Assembly (NCBI GenBank): GCA_037379345.1
Contig: CM074512.1
Location: 46,376,001 to 46,440,000 of the forward strand
DNA from: Perna viridis
Taxonomy: Eukaryota
Reading direction: 5' to 3'
Length of the DNA: 64,000 bases
Shown piece after piece: positions 1 to 12,765 of the stretch. Both the position numbers and the translations under genes were made by a program. Under the pieces are notes generated by a model. The model saw only the letters and a program-made list of their open reading frames with translations, was not told where the DNA came from and did not search any database. Position 1 is the stretch's first letter. Every line of letters begins with the position of its first letter.

Positions 1-120
1 TATATAAATAAGAAGATATCAGCCAGAGACGATATTTTTTCTGCAATGGCGACCGGATGCTTTGGTATTGTAATTGTTTGTACTCTTGTTGTTTTGATAG
101 CGACGTCGTTAGCTGTTTGA
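1..120 (+). pseudogene. 3' end (juxtamembrane + TM segment) of a paralogue of the WSC/mucin TM gene, apparently frameshifted
   Basis: Frame 1 reads YINKKISARDDIFSAMATGCFGIVIVCTLVVLIATSLAV*, versus YIYTKISMRDDRVSAMATGCFGIVVVSIPVVLIVCSDILKCLMWK in ORF 11390-12247. The SDVVSCLMRK equivalent lies in another frame after a small deletion. Confidence 0.75.
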
Positions 121-869
121 TGCGGAAGTAAAAGACATGTATTGCGTGTCTAGTAGACAGTGCTCGTACTTGATGAGTAAAGCAGACATGATATTAAATC
201 TAATACAAGAAACAGTTATCGATAATCAGGTATATCCTAAGGTCGTGAAATATCTCAAAAATGCTAGGTCACATTCATTTACATGGATTTATATGTTACT
301 TATCATTGTCCACGTAAAATGGCATTTTCTCTTGATCACCAAAATATCGTTTATTTGATTAAAACAAACAATGATTGTAAAAAAAAGAAAGCGAAAAGAA
401 AGATATCAAATATGACCAGCACGAAATAATTTTTTTTATCATTTATTGATTTAATAGTTGTTAGCAAAAGCTTGTATTCAAAATGTTTAAAAGGGATTGT
501 CCCGTATTGTGCTGGTCATAAAGAAAATCTTGCCTATTTAGTATGGCACGAAAAATAGAATAATATTAAACTAGACATTGACCCTAACGTGCATGATACA
601 TACACAGCCTGTAGAACCCTGTAATTTGAGGACCAATGTGGACGCACAATTCACACTGGACACAATTTCAGAATACAACTAGAAATTCATACATCCCAAA
701 TTTAACGCCCCTTTAAGTTTCATAACAATCCTGCCTGTATTTGAGGTGGATTCGCGAGACATTACCCGTAACAACATGGTATATTATCCATAGTCTTTAT
801 TTGAGTATTTATAGCTTCATCCCTTTTAGATCCAGCTTTAAATCATTTTGATGTCAGACATTTTTATTT

Positions 870-1990
870 TTATTCCCCCTCTTATACTCACATGTACAAC
901 AAGATTTGTTTCTTCTATATTTTATTAAAATTCATATTAACTGTTACATTCGTCAGGAAGTCTTCTTGCTGTACGAGTATCGTTGGCATCAAGTGTATTT
1001 TCCACTAAGTGATCTCAATTTTACCTTCACTCCCTTTTTCCCCGGTAACATGACTTCTGGTCTTTGGACTTGGTTTTCATTGTATATCCCATATAGCTCA
1101 TGCTATTTCGGATTGAATATCCTCTCATTATATAAGGTTGGACCGTAGATCAATTTTGTAACTTTCTTGATTTATTAAGGTCGCTGTTTCTTATGCAAGG
1201 ACTTCTGCACGGTGTTTTACTCTGGTTTATATTGTATTTAATATCCTGACGCTGTGTCACTTTTTTACGTTCTTAATACATCTGCTCGATCTTTGTTCTG
1301 GATTCCTTTTTAAACTGTTCCATTTATAGGCGTCACATATTCTGGACCAACAACACGATACTTATATATTTATAATGAGAATATTTTGTAAAGAGATGCG
1401 AGATAAATATCCTTACTTACTTCATCCATTTTGTGGGCTATCACGCTGGCAAATGGGTGGACCCACGACATGAAGTGGTCGTCCAAGTATCCCCTGGGTA
1501 CGTCTAAAGCAAGGGGATCGTCTGTCGGATGTATGAAAAAGTTTTCGTCAGCTTGGATCTTGGGTAAGTTTTCTTGAGTTTCATCCTGGATCGATTGGCG
1601 TATCCCTTTCATCGGAATATAATGTTCTTGGCATAGTCCTTCATTAAAGTATCTTGTTTTTTTTTCTTTCCTAAACGCATATTGGTATAGTTCCGTCATC
1701 AAAGTATCGTAGTCCGATAAACAAGTTTGCATTGGTTCTGTCTTCCTAAGGTTATCTTTTTCTGGACAGGATGTATACGTGGACTATATTGGTCTGCTTG
1801 CATGGTTCTCGTAGCCTGATAGACGGCTCTGCAGTGATCCTTGTGATGGTCTAGAATAAGGAGTACACCTGGTTTCTTTCCGATGGGGTAGATCAACTGA
1901 AGTTTGGTATCCATGACTTTTTTTCTAAAATGACGTTTCATATATATCTTCTTGCTAAGATCATCTTGCATTCTGGACAGGTCGCGGACA
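870..1990 (-). mobile_element. Maverick/Polinton-derived segment, left arm of foldback unit 1
   Basis: ~890-1340 is the reverse complement of ~5330-5960, and ~1440-1590 of 4470-4610. ORF 1370-1732(-) carries QENLPK..DENFFIHPTDDPLA.DVP.GY.DDHF.SW.HPF.SVI, the N-terminus of the ATPase at 4470+, then is deleted. Confidence 0.75.
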
Positions 1991-2149
1991 TGTTGTAACC
2001 AAAAATGATAACAATTCTATTTGGCTTTTACTTTTAAGACTATTTTTTTTAAAGTCTTCTCGCTGATATTCCTTCCATACTCTTACCCCTCCCTTTTGGG
2101 CTATGTTTCAGTCTACTCCCCCTTTCTTTCTTTTGACCCTTAATATTGA

Positions 2150-2330
2150 CACTTGACTCTTACTCTTTACACCAACTCTTGACTCTTACTCCCGATTCTT
2201 GACTCTTCTCACGACTCTTTACTCCAAACCTGGACTCTTTACTTCAAATCTTGACTTTTTCTTCCAACTCTTTACTCTTTACTCCCACTTTTGACTCTTA
2301 CTCCTGATTCTTGACTCGTACTCCATTATT
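2150..2330. repeat. Degenerate short-period repeat (ttgactc/tttactc)n
   Basis: Repeated ttgactct/ttactc units visible directly. Confidence 0.7.
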
Positions 2331-2652
2331 TCTGACCGAGAACATATAAAAGGGCCATTATTAAAACACCCATTTCCTAATACATTTATTAACCAACTAG
2401 ACAGAGAAAACATTATATATTATTCTATTGTCTTCATTGTTGTTTCATTAGTATGAAAAGTGTTTTAATGTTAATGTGAGTGTTTTGTTACAATAACTTA
2501 TTTACAGCTGTTGCATAAAATTTAGGTGTCTCCGCATACTGCACCATATCATCATTATTCTACAAAATAATCAAGACAAAGCTGCCATCATCATGTATAT
2601 TGTTAACTTATGAATATAACATTAACGCATATGTGAATACAAAAAAAATTAA

Positions 2653-3054
2653 GTAGCTGTCTTTGTAAGAATCATGCAAAATCTGAAAAAAAGTGATACA
2701 CCCCCAAAAAGGCTACATATTTTTATTTTTGTAATAAAGTTGTTTTATGGGTCTATATCATGAAATGTGTAATTATTCATTCAAGTCTGCCTGCTCTTAG
2801 GAGATAATCAACATTGAAAATCCAATAGATTCTATTGTATTTTACCGTCATTTACAGAGTTATCTCCCCTAATTTTGAAATCTACAGTGCATTCTATATA
2901 TTTTTTTATCTCCTAAGAGCACAGGTGGTTATATGAAAAACCACATGTTAATTTCTGTTTACTATGACATTTCAATCAAAATATCAATAAAAAAAACATT
3001 GTAGGCTTTTTACCCATGAATCACATTTTGCATGATCCTTAGCTGGAGTGCTAC
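2653..3054. mobile_element. Non-autonomous DNA transposon (MITE), TTAA-type, Kolobok-like
   Basis: Imperfect TIRs ttaa|gtagc..taagaatcatgcaaaat and attttgcatgatcctta..gctac|gtaa. A second partial copy lies at 7762-8000. Confidence 0.6.
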
Positions 3055-4469
3055 GTAATTGTCAACTGGAGAAGATATTTGTTCAATATTTGATTTATTC
3101 CTGGGAGCGAGCTGTCATTGTCATATTTTCTTTTATCTGAATAAAAGGCTGTATGGATTTGTTTCTCTTCTGTTTCCTTATGCGATCATGTTTAAATTAC
3201 ATGCCTTTGTAATTGATTGTGAACCTGATGGGTAGCTTTCATTTTTTTAAAGCAACATCAACATTCTGATTATCAATGACTGACAAGGAGTTATCAGTTT
3301 CAAGTACAGCATTTGTTTTTTTGTCCTTTATAACGTTTGAAAATTCAGAAGATTGTTGGATATCAGTGGCATTATCATTTCAAGTAAAATTTCATTATTT
3401 TCAGGAATGACTATATTCGAAAGTAGTTTAGATGTTTCATGGAGGGTACATTATAATGTGTTAATGTTGAAACACTTTTCCATCACCCAAGTTTAACAAC
3501 TTCTGTATTGGGTCAGATTGCAATAATGTAGATGCAAATGTCTTTCTTGTAGAATGTTATACCTTTATTCCCGTTATCCCCGTGTGTGATGCCATACTCT
3601 TCATCATGTTTCCTAGTTTATTTTTGCAAACAGGTTGATGACTATATAAAATTGAACAGCTCTTTTCGGTCGTTTATGCATGTATGGGCGGATCTCGGAG
3701 CTCCTAAACTCGATGAACGGCCGAAGGCCGTTCATGTAATGTTTGGGAGTGGAGACATGCATGAACGATCGAAAATAGCCGTTCAATCCTTATTATTCTA
3801 TCCGACAGTCAAAGTTACCCAGTTAAGGCCTCAGTCGGTTATATTGATACCCTGTGTTTATGTTTACGCTTCAATACACACACATTCCTTTGTACACGTA
3901 TGGGAGCGCGGACAAGTATTTACACTTAATCGGCTGCACAATAACAGTGAAGGCGGTATGGACGAATTGATAGTTGGCATTGAAAATACGAGATGAAACA
4001 GGAATAAAATTATTAAGGAATTACAACAAGGAAGAAGGAAAATTACAATAAGGTGTTTTCAAGGGTTCAGTCAAGACTCAGTTAAAAGTTCTTTCCCCGA
4101 GCTGAAAATTACTCTGTAAACAAACTAGACCGGTATAATCAGTGTGCATGTAATAAACTATTCTTACGGCTATATTATGCTGTTCAGTTCGTTGCCACAC
4201 TCTTTTGAACTACGCGGCCGCCATATTGGTTTCAAGTTGACTGACGTTCATGCATGTATGAACGATCTGGCGAAGTTCATGCATGTATGTTATCAATTTC
4301 TGATTCAAATAGTGTTATATGAAAATTTGATGAGACCTGTACTGAAAAAGATAGTGACCTTTTTAAAACAAACTAAACAATGTAAAAAATATAACTTATC
4401 TAATATTTTTAATTAAAAAAAACTAAGATAAGTTTGAAAGATTGATACCATTGAATTCAATATTTTCCA

Positions 4470-5035
4470 ATCCAAGAAAACTTACCCAAGGACCCAGCTG
4501 ACGAAAACTTTTTCATACATCCGACAGACGATCCCCTTGCTTTCGACGTACCCAAGGGATACTTTGACGATCATTTCATATCGTGGGCCCATCCTTTTAC
4601 CAGCGTCATAACAGGACCCTCCGGAAGTGGAAAAACGATGTTTTGTACGCCGCTTCGTACAAAACATGAAACACATGATGATGTCTAGATCCAATCGAAT
4701 ATGACGTGTACCAGACGATTTGTGGAATAATGGAGGGTGTCGACTTTGTACAAGGAATCCTCGAACTTGACAAGTGTCATGTTGATCAGAATCTTTTCAG
4801 CAAAAACAAGTATCACTGGACCATCAGTCTGAATGCTCCCTACTTTATTCTGTTAAAAAATCCCAAAGACGTATCACAGGCCTTGACCATAGCCCATCAA
4901 ATGTTCCACAAAAAGACAAACTACTTTTTGAAATCGTACGAGTTTGCCACCGCCTAATCCTACGGATATTTACTGATTGACATGAAACAGGGTACTCCTG
5001 ACAAATTGAGATTGAGAAGCAACATTTTCCCATGG
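4470..5035 (+). pseudogene. Decayed Maverick/Polinton (adintovirus-type) A32/FtsK-like DNA packaging ATPase
   Basis: Across frames: HPFTSVITGPSGSGKT (Walker A, ~4590-4637) ... QNLFSKNKYHWTISLNAPYFILLKNPKDVSQALTIAHQMF...YFLKSYEFATA*SYGYLLIDMKQGTPDKLRLRSNIF. This matches Polinton ATPase motifs (QNLF, TISLNAxY, KNPRD, YGYLLID, LRxNIF). The Walker B region appears deleted; stops and frameshifts are present. Confidence 0.85.
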
Positions 5036-7664
5036 GGAATTCAGGATGTGCTCTTGGATGAGGAAATGTATAAATAAAGATAGAAAAGGAGGTCATTTCT
5101 TGACCGACTCGCAAAGGAGATGGACGCAGTCGGACAGTAAATTGACAAGATAGTCCCCTGTCGTGGGTTTCATTTAGAAGAGGTCATCAGTCGTGATGCC
5201 ATACACGTGCAATTGACGAGAGAATGTGCACAATGCAAACCAAAGAATGAACTGACAAAAGAATATAAGGCCCCCAACAGACCTCGTGATAAATCAGCTG
5301 GAAGAAAGGAAAAAAAACGACCAGAAAACAGATGTGACGCCTATAAATGGAACAGCTTAAAGAGAATTCCAGACCAAAAATCCATCAGATGTATTAAGAA
5401 CTTAAACATGTGACACAACGTCAGGATATTAAATACAAGTGGAAACCAGAGCAAAGCACCGTGCAGAAGTCCTGGCATAAGAAACAGCGACCTTAATAAT
5501 TCAAGAAAGTTACAAAATTCGACTAGATGAATTATATTGATCTACGGTCCAACCTTATATAATGAGAGGATATATAATCCGAAATAGCATGAGCTATATG
5601 GGATATACAATGAAAACCAAGTCCATAGACCAGAAGTCGTGTTACCGGGGAAAAAAAGGAAGTGAAGATCAAATTGAGATCACTTAGTGGAAAATACAGC
5701 CTTGGTGCAAACAATACTCAGACAGCAAGAAGTTTCATATGAAGACCAAAAAATGTTCGCGGAAACATAAGAAGATCGGATCGTGAAAAGTGTTACTAAA
5801 TGGGAAACTAAGACCGGTAATGAAGAACGGGTTATGGAACCGACCCTGACGCAGAACCCGGATTTAATTATAAAAAAAAAACAGACGAGTTCCCAACGAA
5901 TGAAACAATTAATATGAATTGCAAATTAAATATAGAAGAAAAAAATCTTGTTGTGTAATAAAACTATACTAAAGAAAGACCTTACAAAAAAGGGGTAGCT
6001 CAAAACCGATAACACATATTAAAACCGTTAAGAACCGTTAGCGATAGCATATGAAACATAAAAAACTTTCACAAGCGTTTACTTAATAGAGCCTCATAAC
6101 ACGTTCAAATTAAGTTTGAGTGTAATTGACTTACAAACGTCGAGAATACTACAGTAGTAAAATGACAAAAATTCTTATAACAAACAAGCGATTATACAAG
6201 GCTGGCTCAAATTTAAAGAGAAAAAATGGGGAGCGTAGGAAACAAAGTTTAACCACGAATAAAAATATGGGGAGAAAAACAATATCCGTAAGTCAATGGT
6301 TTGCCCAATAGACCCCCATAACACAGGTTAAATCAAGTACACTGAAAGTATAATTGAAAAAAAGACATCGGTTTACCCGATAGAGCCCCCATATAAAATG
6401 AAAAGTTATAGTGCGTCTGTAAACATTTCATAGGTGATGAAATAGTCAACTATTTAAATTTTATTTGAATAAAAGTAAAAGGCAATACACCATTCAAAGG
6501 CTCTTAATGTTCCGACGGTAAACATCAATATTGCATGAAAAGAGTTTAAAACTACAATTGTCAGTATAACCTTTAGACGTAATTGAGGATAAAGACCCAA
6601 ATAACAACATTAATCAAATAATTCAATTATTCAATTATTCAATTACTTAATTATTCAAACTGAATTATAGAAAAGATATTAAATATAATTAAAAAAAAAA
6701 TTAAAACAACGATAAAAATTAATTAATTAACTATGAACAAATTGGTTTCATGATGCCAATGGATACTTCATAACGATCCATGAGTTCATGATGACGACCG
6801 TAAATGCCTACTTCCTACTAACGCAATGTTTTGAAAACTAATGATCAATGACTGTCTTCAGAACTTAACATGTCTGGTCTTTGTCCCTGGCACAACATGT
6901 TATAATTTCCTTACAACTGTAATGTATCCATAAAGCACAATTAAAAGCGGTTAAAAGTTTTAAACATCTGTCTAATCCGTGAGACATCTACTTTAGTTTT
7001 TAAATTGTATTACACAATCAATTTAAGGTTATCACACAAAGAAAATTAAATAAAACAAAAATAATTAAACAACACCAAAAAAAATTGATAAAAAATCAAA
7101 CATTCGAGTTGCGTTTATAACATAAATGTATTTATAAAGTACAATACATTAAAAAAAACCCGAAAGATGGACATCTGCTGTACACCGTGAAAACATCTAT
7201 TCAAAGTGAATTACCCAATCAATTTGACATTATTACATAATGACAATGAAATTACAAATTGATAATTTATGAAAATAATTAAAAACAATTACAGATAATG
7301 AAATATATAAATATAAAAAGCAATACAAAGAAAGAAAGATAACTCTAGTCATAATACACCCCTTCTTTTATACTTATCTGTTTATAGAACGCCATACTAT
7401 TAAATAACACTAATTCGGACACTTAATAGGGGTACCTACGGGGATCGTTACCGTCCTCCTGACCTTCAAGATCCCCTTCCTAGATCAAAGGGTCTTCATG
7501 ATCCCCTTTCTTGATCATGGGTCCTCCATCTTAGCCCACTTCCGGTCACTCAAGATCCACTTCCAGTCCCGTCCCCTCCCGGTCCATTCTGGTCCACGGC
7601 CACCGGATCTGACGTCATTCGCATGCATACTGGGGCTAATCCCCTTAATCCCCCGAAAACTACT
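4470..7664 (+). mobile_element. Maverick/Polinton-derived segment with putative terminus, right arm of foldback unit 1
   Basis: Contains the ATPase and is directly homologous to 18140-20955. It ends in a GC-rich block with cacttccgg/gacgtca motifs and ACTACT (7659-7664), the complement of the AGTAGT Polinton end. Confidence 0.7.
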
Positions 7665-7761
7665 AATCATTTGCAACATCTATACTACTACAGTAACTAT
7701 ATAGAAAAGTTTCCATTTATATAATACCATTTCTATTTGTTATTCGCTCAAATGATATTAA

Positions 7762-8000
7762 GTAGTAGTCTTTGTAAGAGACATGCAAAATTCTGTCGTG
7801 ATACACACCAAAAAATGCCAGACATGTTCATGTTTGTTATTAAATTGCTTTATAGGTCTGTATGATGAAATGTAGAATTATATACTTAGGAGATAATCCA
7901 TATTGAAAATCCAATATTTCTATTGTATTTTATTGTCATACACGGAGTTAGCTCCGTTAATTTCAGTACATTCTATATAATTTCCATCTCCTAAGAAAAA
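7762..8000. mobile_element. Partial copy of the 2653-3054 MITE
   Basis: Direct similarity (ttaagtag..ctttgtaaga..catgcaaaat..gtgatacac..cttaggagataatc..attgaaaatccaata..tctattgtatttt). Confidence 0.65.
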
Positions 8001-8883
8001 GGGTTTTATGAAATCTTGATAATAAATAATGCTCCGAGTATAAATTAAAGGGATCTACACTCTCTTATAGCGCAATCAACGGAAGTAACAAGGACAATTA
8101 AACTGATCCTAATTTTAAAAAAATAATTTGGATAAGGTTATATGTTCCTTGTTTTGCTTAATATTCTAAACTGTCGTATGACCTCATTTTGACATTTGTT
8201 TTAGCTGTCAAAGAAATTCATATTCATTGATTTTATTCTGACAGCTTCTGTTAGGATTAAGGAATAAAACAAAAACATTGTAGCTTTAACGAAAATTTCA
8301 ATTATAAGAAACTTTGTATTCATGATTGATCTTTCTTGACACTTAGATCAATAGAATGTAATTGAATAGGCTACGGATTAAGGGTGTAAGTAATTCGGAA
8401 ATGCATCTATCTTTCCTCTGATGCATCCCGAAGCCGAGTAAAAAATATTTTAATCTTTTTAATTGTGAAGATAGGTTATATGTAGGTATGTTTTATCTTT
8501 TGAATTCTCGTTGTAGCAAAACACTTCTGGAATTGAATAGGTGATATTGGCAGTTTTGTGAAAACAGCTAAGAACTCTTTCCACTAAAAATTTCTGAAGG
8601 AATACCATTTTCTGACAGAGGAAACACTGAGCCTGCAGAATACATTTTTCCTGTGTAGTGACATGAATTTTTATGGATTTCTGTTCTCGATTCTGATAGT
8701 GGAGTGTATGATGAATGTGCATGGTAGGACAGTATTTTCCGTATTAATATATGCTAAAATAGTTTCAATGCATTTTATCTTTCATATGGAGTTTTTACGT
8801 AAGACATTAACTATAAATGATAAAAAAAATATATATTTTATCTTTGTCTTTTTATAAAATATGGAAATGGAATTAAATAATTT

Positions 8884-8985
8884 TGTATCATACCGGTATT
8901 TGTATATTGATGCCTGATGTATCATACCGGTATTAGTATATTGATGCCTGATGTATCATACCGGTATTAGTATATTGATGCATGA
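8884..8985. repeat. 34-bp tandem repeat x3
   Basis: tgtatcataccggtattagtatattgatgcctga repeated three times with no spacers. Confidence 0.9.
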
Positions 8986-10033
8986 AAGGTTTAAAGTTTG
9001 ATTTTTATTAATGACTAATTTTGAATAAAAAAAATGAACCATTAAAAATAAAATATGAAAACAAAACAGTTTTGAAATACACAGTTTTTTGGCAAGGAAG
9101 CCTGTTTCTAAATTAACTTATTGCATGTTTTTTTAAAAGGGGGAACCAAAGGTGACAATACTGGGTCTTTTTTTTTTGTTTGTTTTTTAACAACTAATGG
9201 AATATTATCACACGCTGCAATGAAAATATCCATTTTAAGACAAAATAACTATAATTGACATATGCATGAAACCATGGCTACTAAGATGTAGTATGTTTTT
9301 TGTTTTTGTTTTTTGTTCTTGTTATGTATGATTTCAAGTATTCTAACACATCAACAGATTTTGTGACTCTTTTCCCAGCAAATATTTTGACCTTATTTCC
9401 TGTGACTTTTCTTATGACTTTTCTTTCCGATGACTTTTTTTCCAGTGACTTTTTTCCCTACCGAATTGTGACTTTTCTTGTGACTTTTTTTCCTGATTCG
9501 CCAGCGACACCCGTCGCGTTGCAAGTGAATAAAATGCAATAAGCATAAAGTTCAGTGGGTTGTCAATCTTAGATGTGAAATCTTACGGAAGATACAAATG
9601 CTTCTTGCCACAATTGTAAGATGGAAACTTCATATCGGCCAATCAAATTGTAATGACAACTTCAAAACTTCAATAGTGATGAAATCAACTACAGCTGATC
9701 ATATCCTTGTCTAAGATTCTATCGTCCTCGCTCTAATAAAAAAATTACTGTACATATCATGTACACCATAAGTTTTAGATGTTGGTAAAATTGGAAAGTG
9801 AAATTAAGTTTTGATTTCATTTTTGTAACTGATTAAGGTCTAAGTATCAAGCAGTCAGTACCGGTCGGTCCTTTAATTTCAATTTCATTTAGGTATTACA
9901 AATGCAAGTAATCCTTGAAATGGGGATAATCCAGAGATACTAAATACATTGTATATGAAATAAAGCCGTGTGTTTGCGACCCGATTTATGAAAATATATC
10001 TTTGGTCAATTTATTTATTTATTCCTTTAACAG

Positions 10034-12247
10034 GGTACTCTTTCTACAACTGCTACGCCACTGTCACCAGAACAGGATTTCAGCAATTTACCGGACCCTC
10101 TAGCTCAATTGAATGCATAAACAAATGCCTCGAAGTTAACACAATGTATGTATACAGCGGGACGGTGATAACAGGAAATCCTGTAAGTTCCTAAAAGGTT
10201 TTGCGTACTTATCCTTTGGTGTTATTTTATTCGGTTATGAATATGCCACTTTTTCCAGCATAAAAAAATAAATCATCTGTAAATTACACTGAACATGTCA
10301 TCGCTCTAAATCAAAAGCTATCCTCCATCGTATTATACAGTTGCATCTGCAAAAATCATTAAAAAACTCTTAAAGTGTTTCAATCAAATATGAACGGACG
10401 TGTGGATAGTGGTTTGTCATTAAATGGTCATCAAAAGATGCACATAACAAAAACCATCTTCCAGTAAATAATATTAACAGAATGAACATAATATATTTTT
10501 TCACATTTTCAGCCACTTTTTACATGCCATTGTTCGTTTGTAATGGATCTACCGGACGAAAGTATATTGCCAATAACAGATTGTGGGAGTAATCCATGTC
10601 CTCAAGTTACCTCAGATATATGTGGTGACATTGATAAAATGGCAGTATACTTAATTGGTAAGTGGAAATAAACATTTTTTGATCGCAAGACTTGTTATTA
10701 ATTTGCTGTACTAGTTCATAAATGGAAATGGTTTCGTTGAACTTGAAGCGGAACAAGTGTTCTGTCTGGTTAATTGGTTGTCTTACAGTTAAGATAAATC
10801 ATGTTATGTATAATCTGATTTGGTACTGTGGCGTCATTGTCGATTGTTGCACAGTCTAGGATACGAATAATATCGAACGACGCCTTGGCTATGAAAAAAA
10901 TTTTCATCAATTCGGACTAGAACTCACTGAAAACAATATGGGTAATTTTTCTATCTTTTTATTTACATGTTAGATGGACTCGCTTGCTTTTTTGGCACTG
11001 TTTCGATCAAGTTATTTCACACACAAAATAAGAGAAAAACAAAAAACAATTAATAAAGAATGCAATTGTATTACTTTTAATTAAGTAATTACCGTAAATT
11101 GGTTAGTATTCATACTGTTGTAATATGTTTAATTATAATCAGTAGGTTGTAGTGGAAACAGTTCGTATCTTCTTGATAATAATGTATATTTATAAATTAA
11201 CATACAATTTCGTAAGCACTTAAAAAAATAAAAGTATAGTTAAAGTTGTTCCACTGATCATATAGGACTGAATTTATGTCGAAAGTTTGTTTAATAAAAC
11301 CGTTGTTTTGATCTCTTCAAATCTATGTTCATTAATTTTAATATGGTGATGTACCACCGGTCTCCATCCGTACAGCTACTTCACAAAGTATGACAACACC
11401 TGCAGTGCCACAGATAACTACAAATAGTTCACAAAGCACGACTACAGCTGTTGTGCAACAGATAACTACAACTGGTTCACAAAGCATGACTGCAGCTATT
11501 GTGCCACAGATAACTACAACTGGTTCACAAAGCATGACTGCAGCTATTGTGCCACAGATAACTACAACTGGTTCACAAAGCATGACTGCAGCTGTTGTGC
11601 CACAGATAACTACAACTGGTTCACAAACCTCAACCTCAGATGATTCGGTTACTATGACCATAACTGATTCAAGTGTGACCACAACAAGCTCATCAAATGT
11701 ACCTTACGCTGATATGGCTCTGACTGATTCGTCGATAATTAACGAGATTTATACATCTTCTGAATTCATTAGTGATTCTCGAAATCTTTCACTGACTTCA
11801 CTAGTAAAATCTATTGTAACGGAAAATTTGCCATTTATTGAAACAACATCAGAGGAATTATCGACCACAGATTCCAGTCTTAAAAATGATTATGCTTTCA
11901 CTACTGATATGTTAAACTTCGTAAGTTCTTCAACAAACTGTGAGTGCCCTTGTTCAATCGTAAAACATAAATGGGACTTCCTCCGAAATCTGTCCTTAAC
12001 TAAGGACAAGCTCAGACTTTTCTTAAAGGACTATCTTAATGAATTACAGAATGGAATAGCAATTAATAAGAAGCAAACATCATTCTACATTTACACTAAA
12101 ATATCAATGCGGGATGATCGAGTATCTGCGATGGCGACCGGGTGTTTTGGTATTGTTGTCGTCAGTATTCCAGTTGTTCTTATAGTTTGTAGTGATATTC
12201 TAAAGTGTTTGATGTGGAAATCAAGAAAAAAATCTAATCTAGGTTGA
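10034..12247 (+). CDS. Spliced WSC-domain, Thr-rich mucin-like single-pass membrane protein (exons ~10034-10164, 10513-10657, 11376-12247; 5' end uncertain)
   Basis: Phase-compatible GT-AG exons give GYSFYNCY..ECINKC..YVYSGT|PLFTCHCS..DCGSNPCPQVTSDICGDIDKMAVY (WSC 8-Cys pattern ending CG..VY). This is followed by 16-aa Thr repeats, CECPC, a SMRDDRVSA juxtamembrane motif, TM helix FGIVVVSIPVVLIVC and a basic tail. The start may be MKIYLW (9988) or an upstream exon. Confidence 0.75.
11381..11627 (+). repeat. 48-bp coding tandem repeat (~5 units, TAAIVPQITTTGSQSM)
   Basis: Seen directly in DNA and protein. Confidence 0.9.
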
Positions 12248-12529
12248 GCAATTAATATCTTTTAACATATATGTTTATTGACAAAATATTAAATATGATA
12301 TAAAAAAATAAAATTGATAAAAAAATAGCAAACCAGTTCTTTCAAGTTTCAACAATATTTGTAAAAATAATTAAACTAGGCCAAAAAGTAGTCAGAAAGA
12401 CCAATAATGTAACTACCACTACCATGCTATTCATCATTGAGTTAGAGTTCCTCATTTAAACTGATAGACAATTGACAAATGTATGATGATTAAAAAAATG
12501 GAAAAGTACATGTGTTCATTGTTTTGACT

Positions 12530-12765
12530 AATTATGAGCAACTCGGTGGGTATTTATAGAAAAGCAGAGGATGCTAACCCTACCGGTGCATCTGGTCCAT
12601 GCTAGACCCCAGTTTTTAGTGGAGTTCGAGTTGCCTATTTATTTTTGTTACTTTGTATGTATTTTTTTTCTTTTTGTTATTTTATGTTCTTTGTTGTGTT
12701 TGTCTGTTTTCCATGTCTGGTCTTTGTCCCTGGATTACATTCCTTTGATTTCCGATAGATCTCAA
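12530..12765 (+). mobile_element. 3'-end fragment of the Penelope-like element
   Basis: Matches 61690-61930 (tatgagcaactcgg..aaagcagagga..ccctaccggtgca..ggtccatgct..ttccatgtctggtctttgt). Confidence 0.75.

Noticed and set aside
1699-1971. Possible pPolB C-terminus upstream of the ATPase
   Set aside because: No convincing polymerase motif (no DTDS or KxY; only a weak LVY).
3586-3996. 136-aa ORF, and the many 60-110-aa AT-rich ORFs in the track
   Set aside because: No recognisable motifs or splice support; consistent with chance ORFs in repeats and intergenic DNA.
8884-8985. CRISPR-like 34-bp repeats (also the 48-bp repeats at 11381 and the 17-bp repeats at ~13509-13555)
   Set aside because: Head-to-tail repeats with no unique spacers, eukaryotic context, no cas genes.
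11338-11682. Antisense hydrophobic repeat ORF (likewise 43121-43525, 30088-30363, 41703-42029)
   Set aside because: Shadow ORFs on the strand opposite real or decayed coding sequence.
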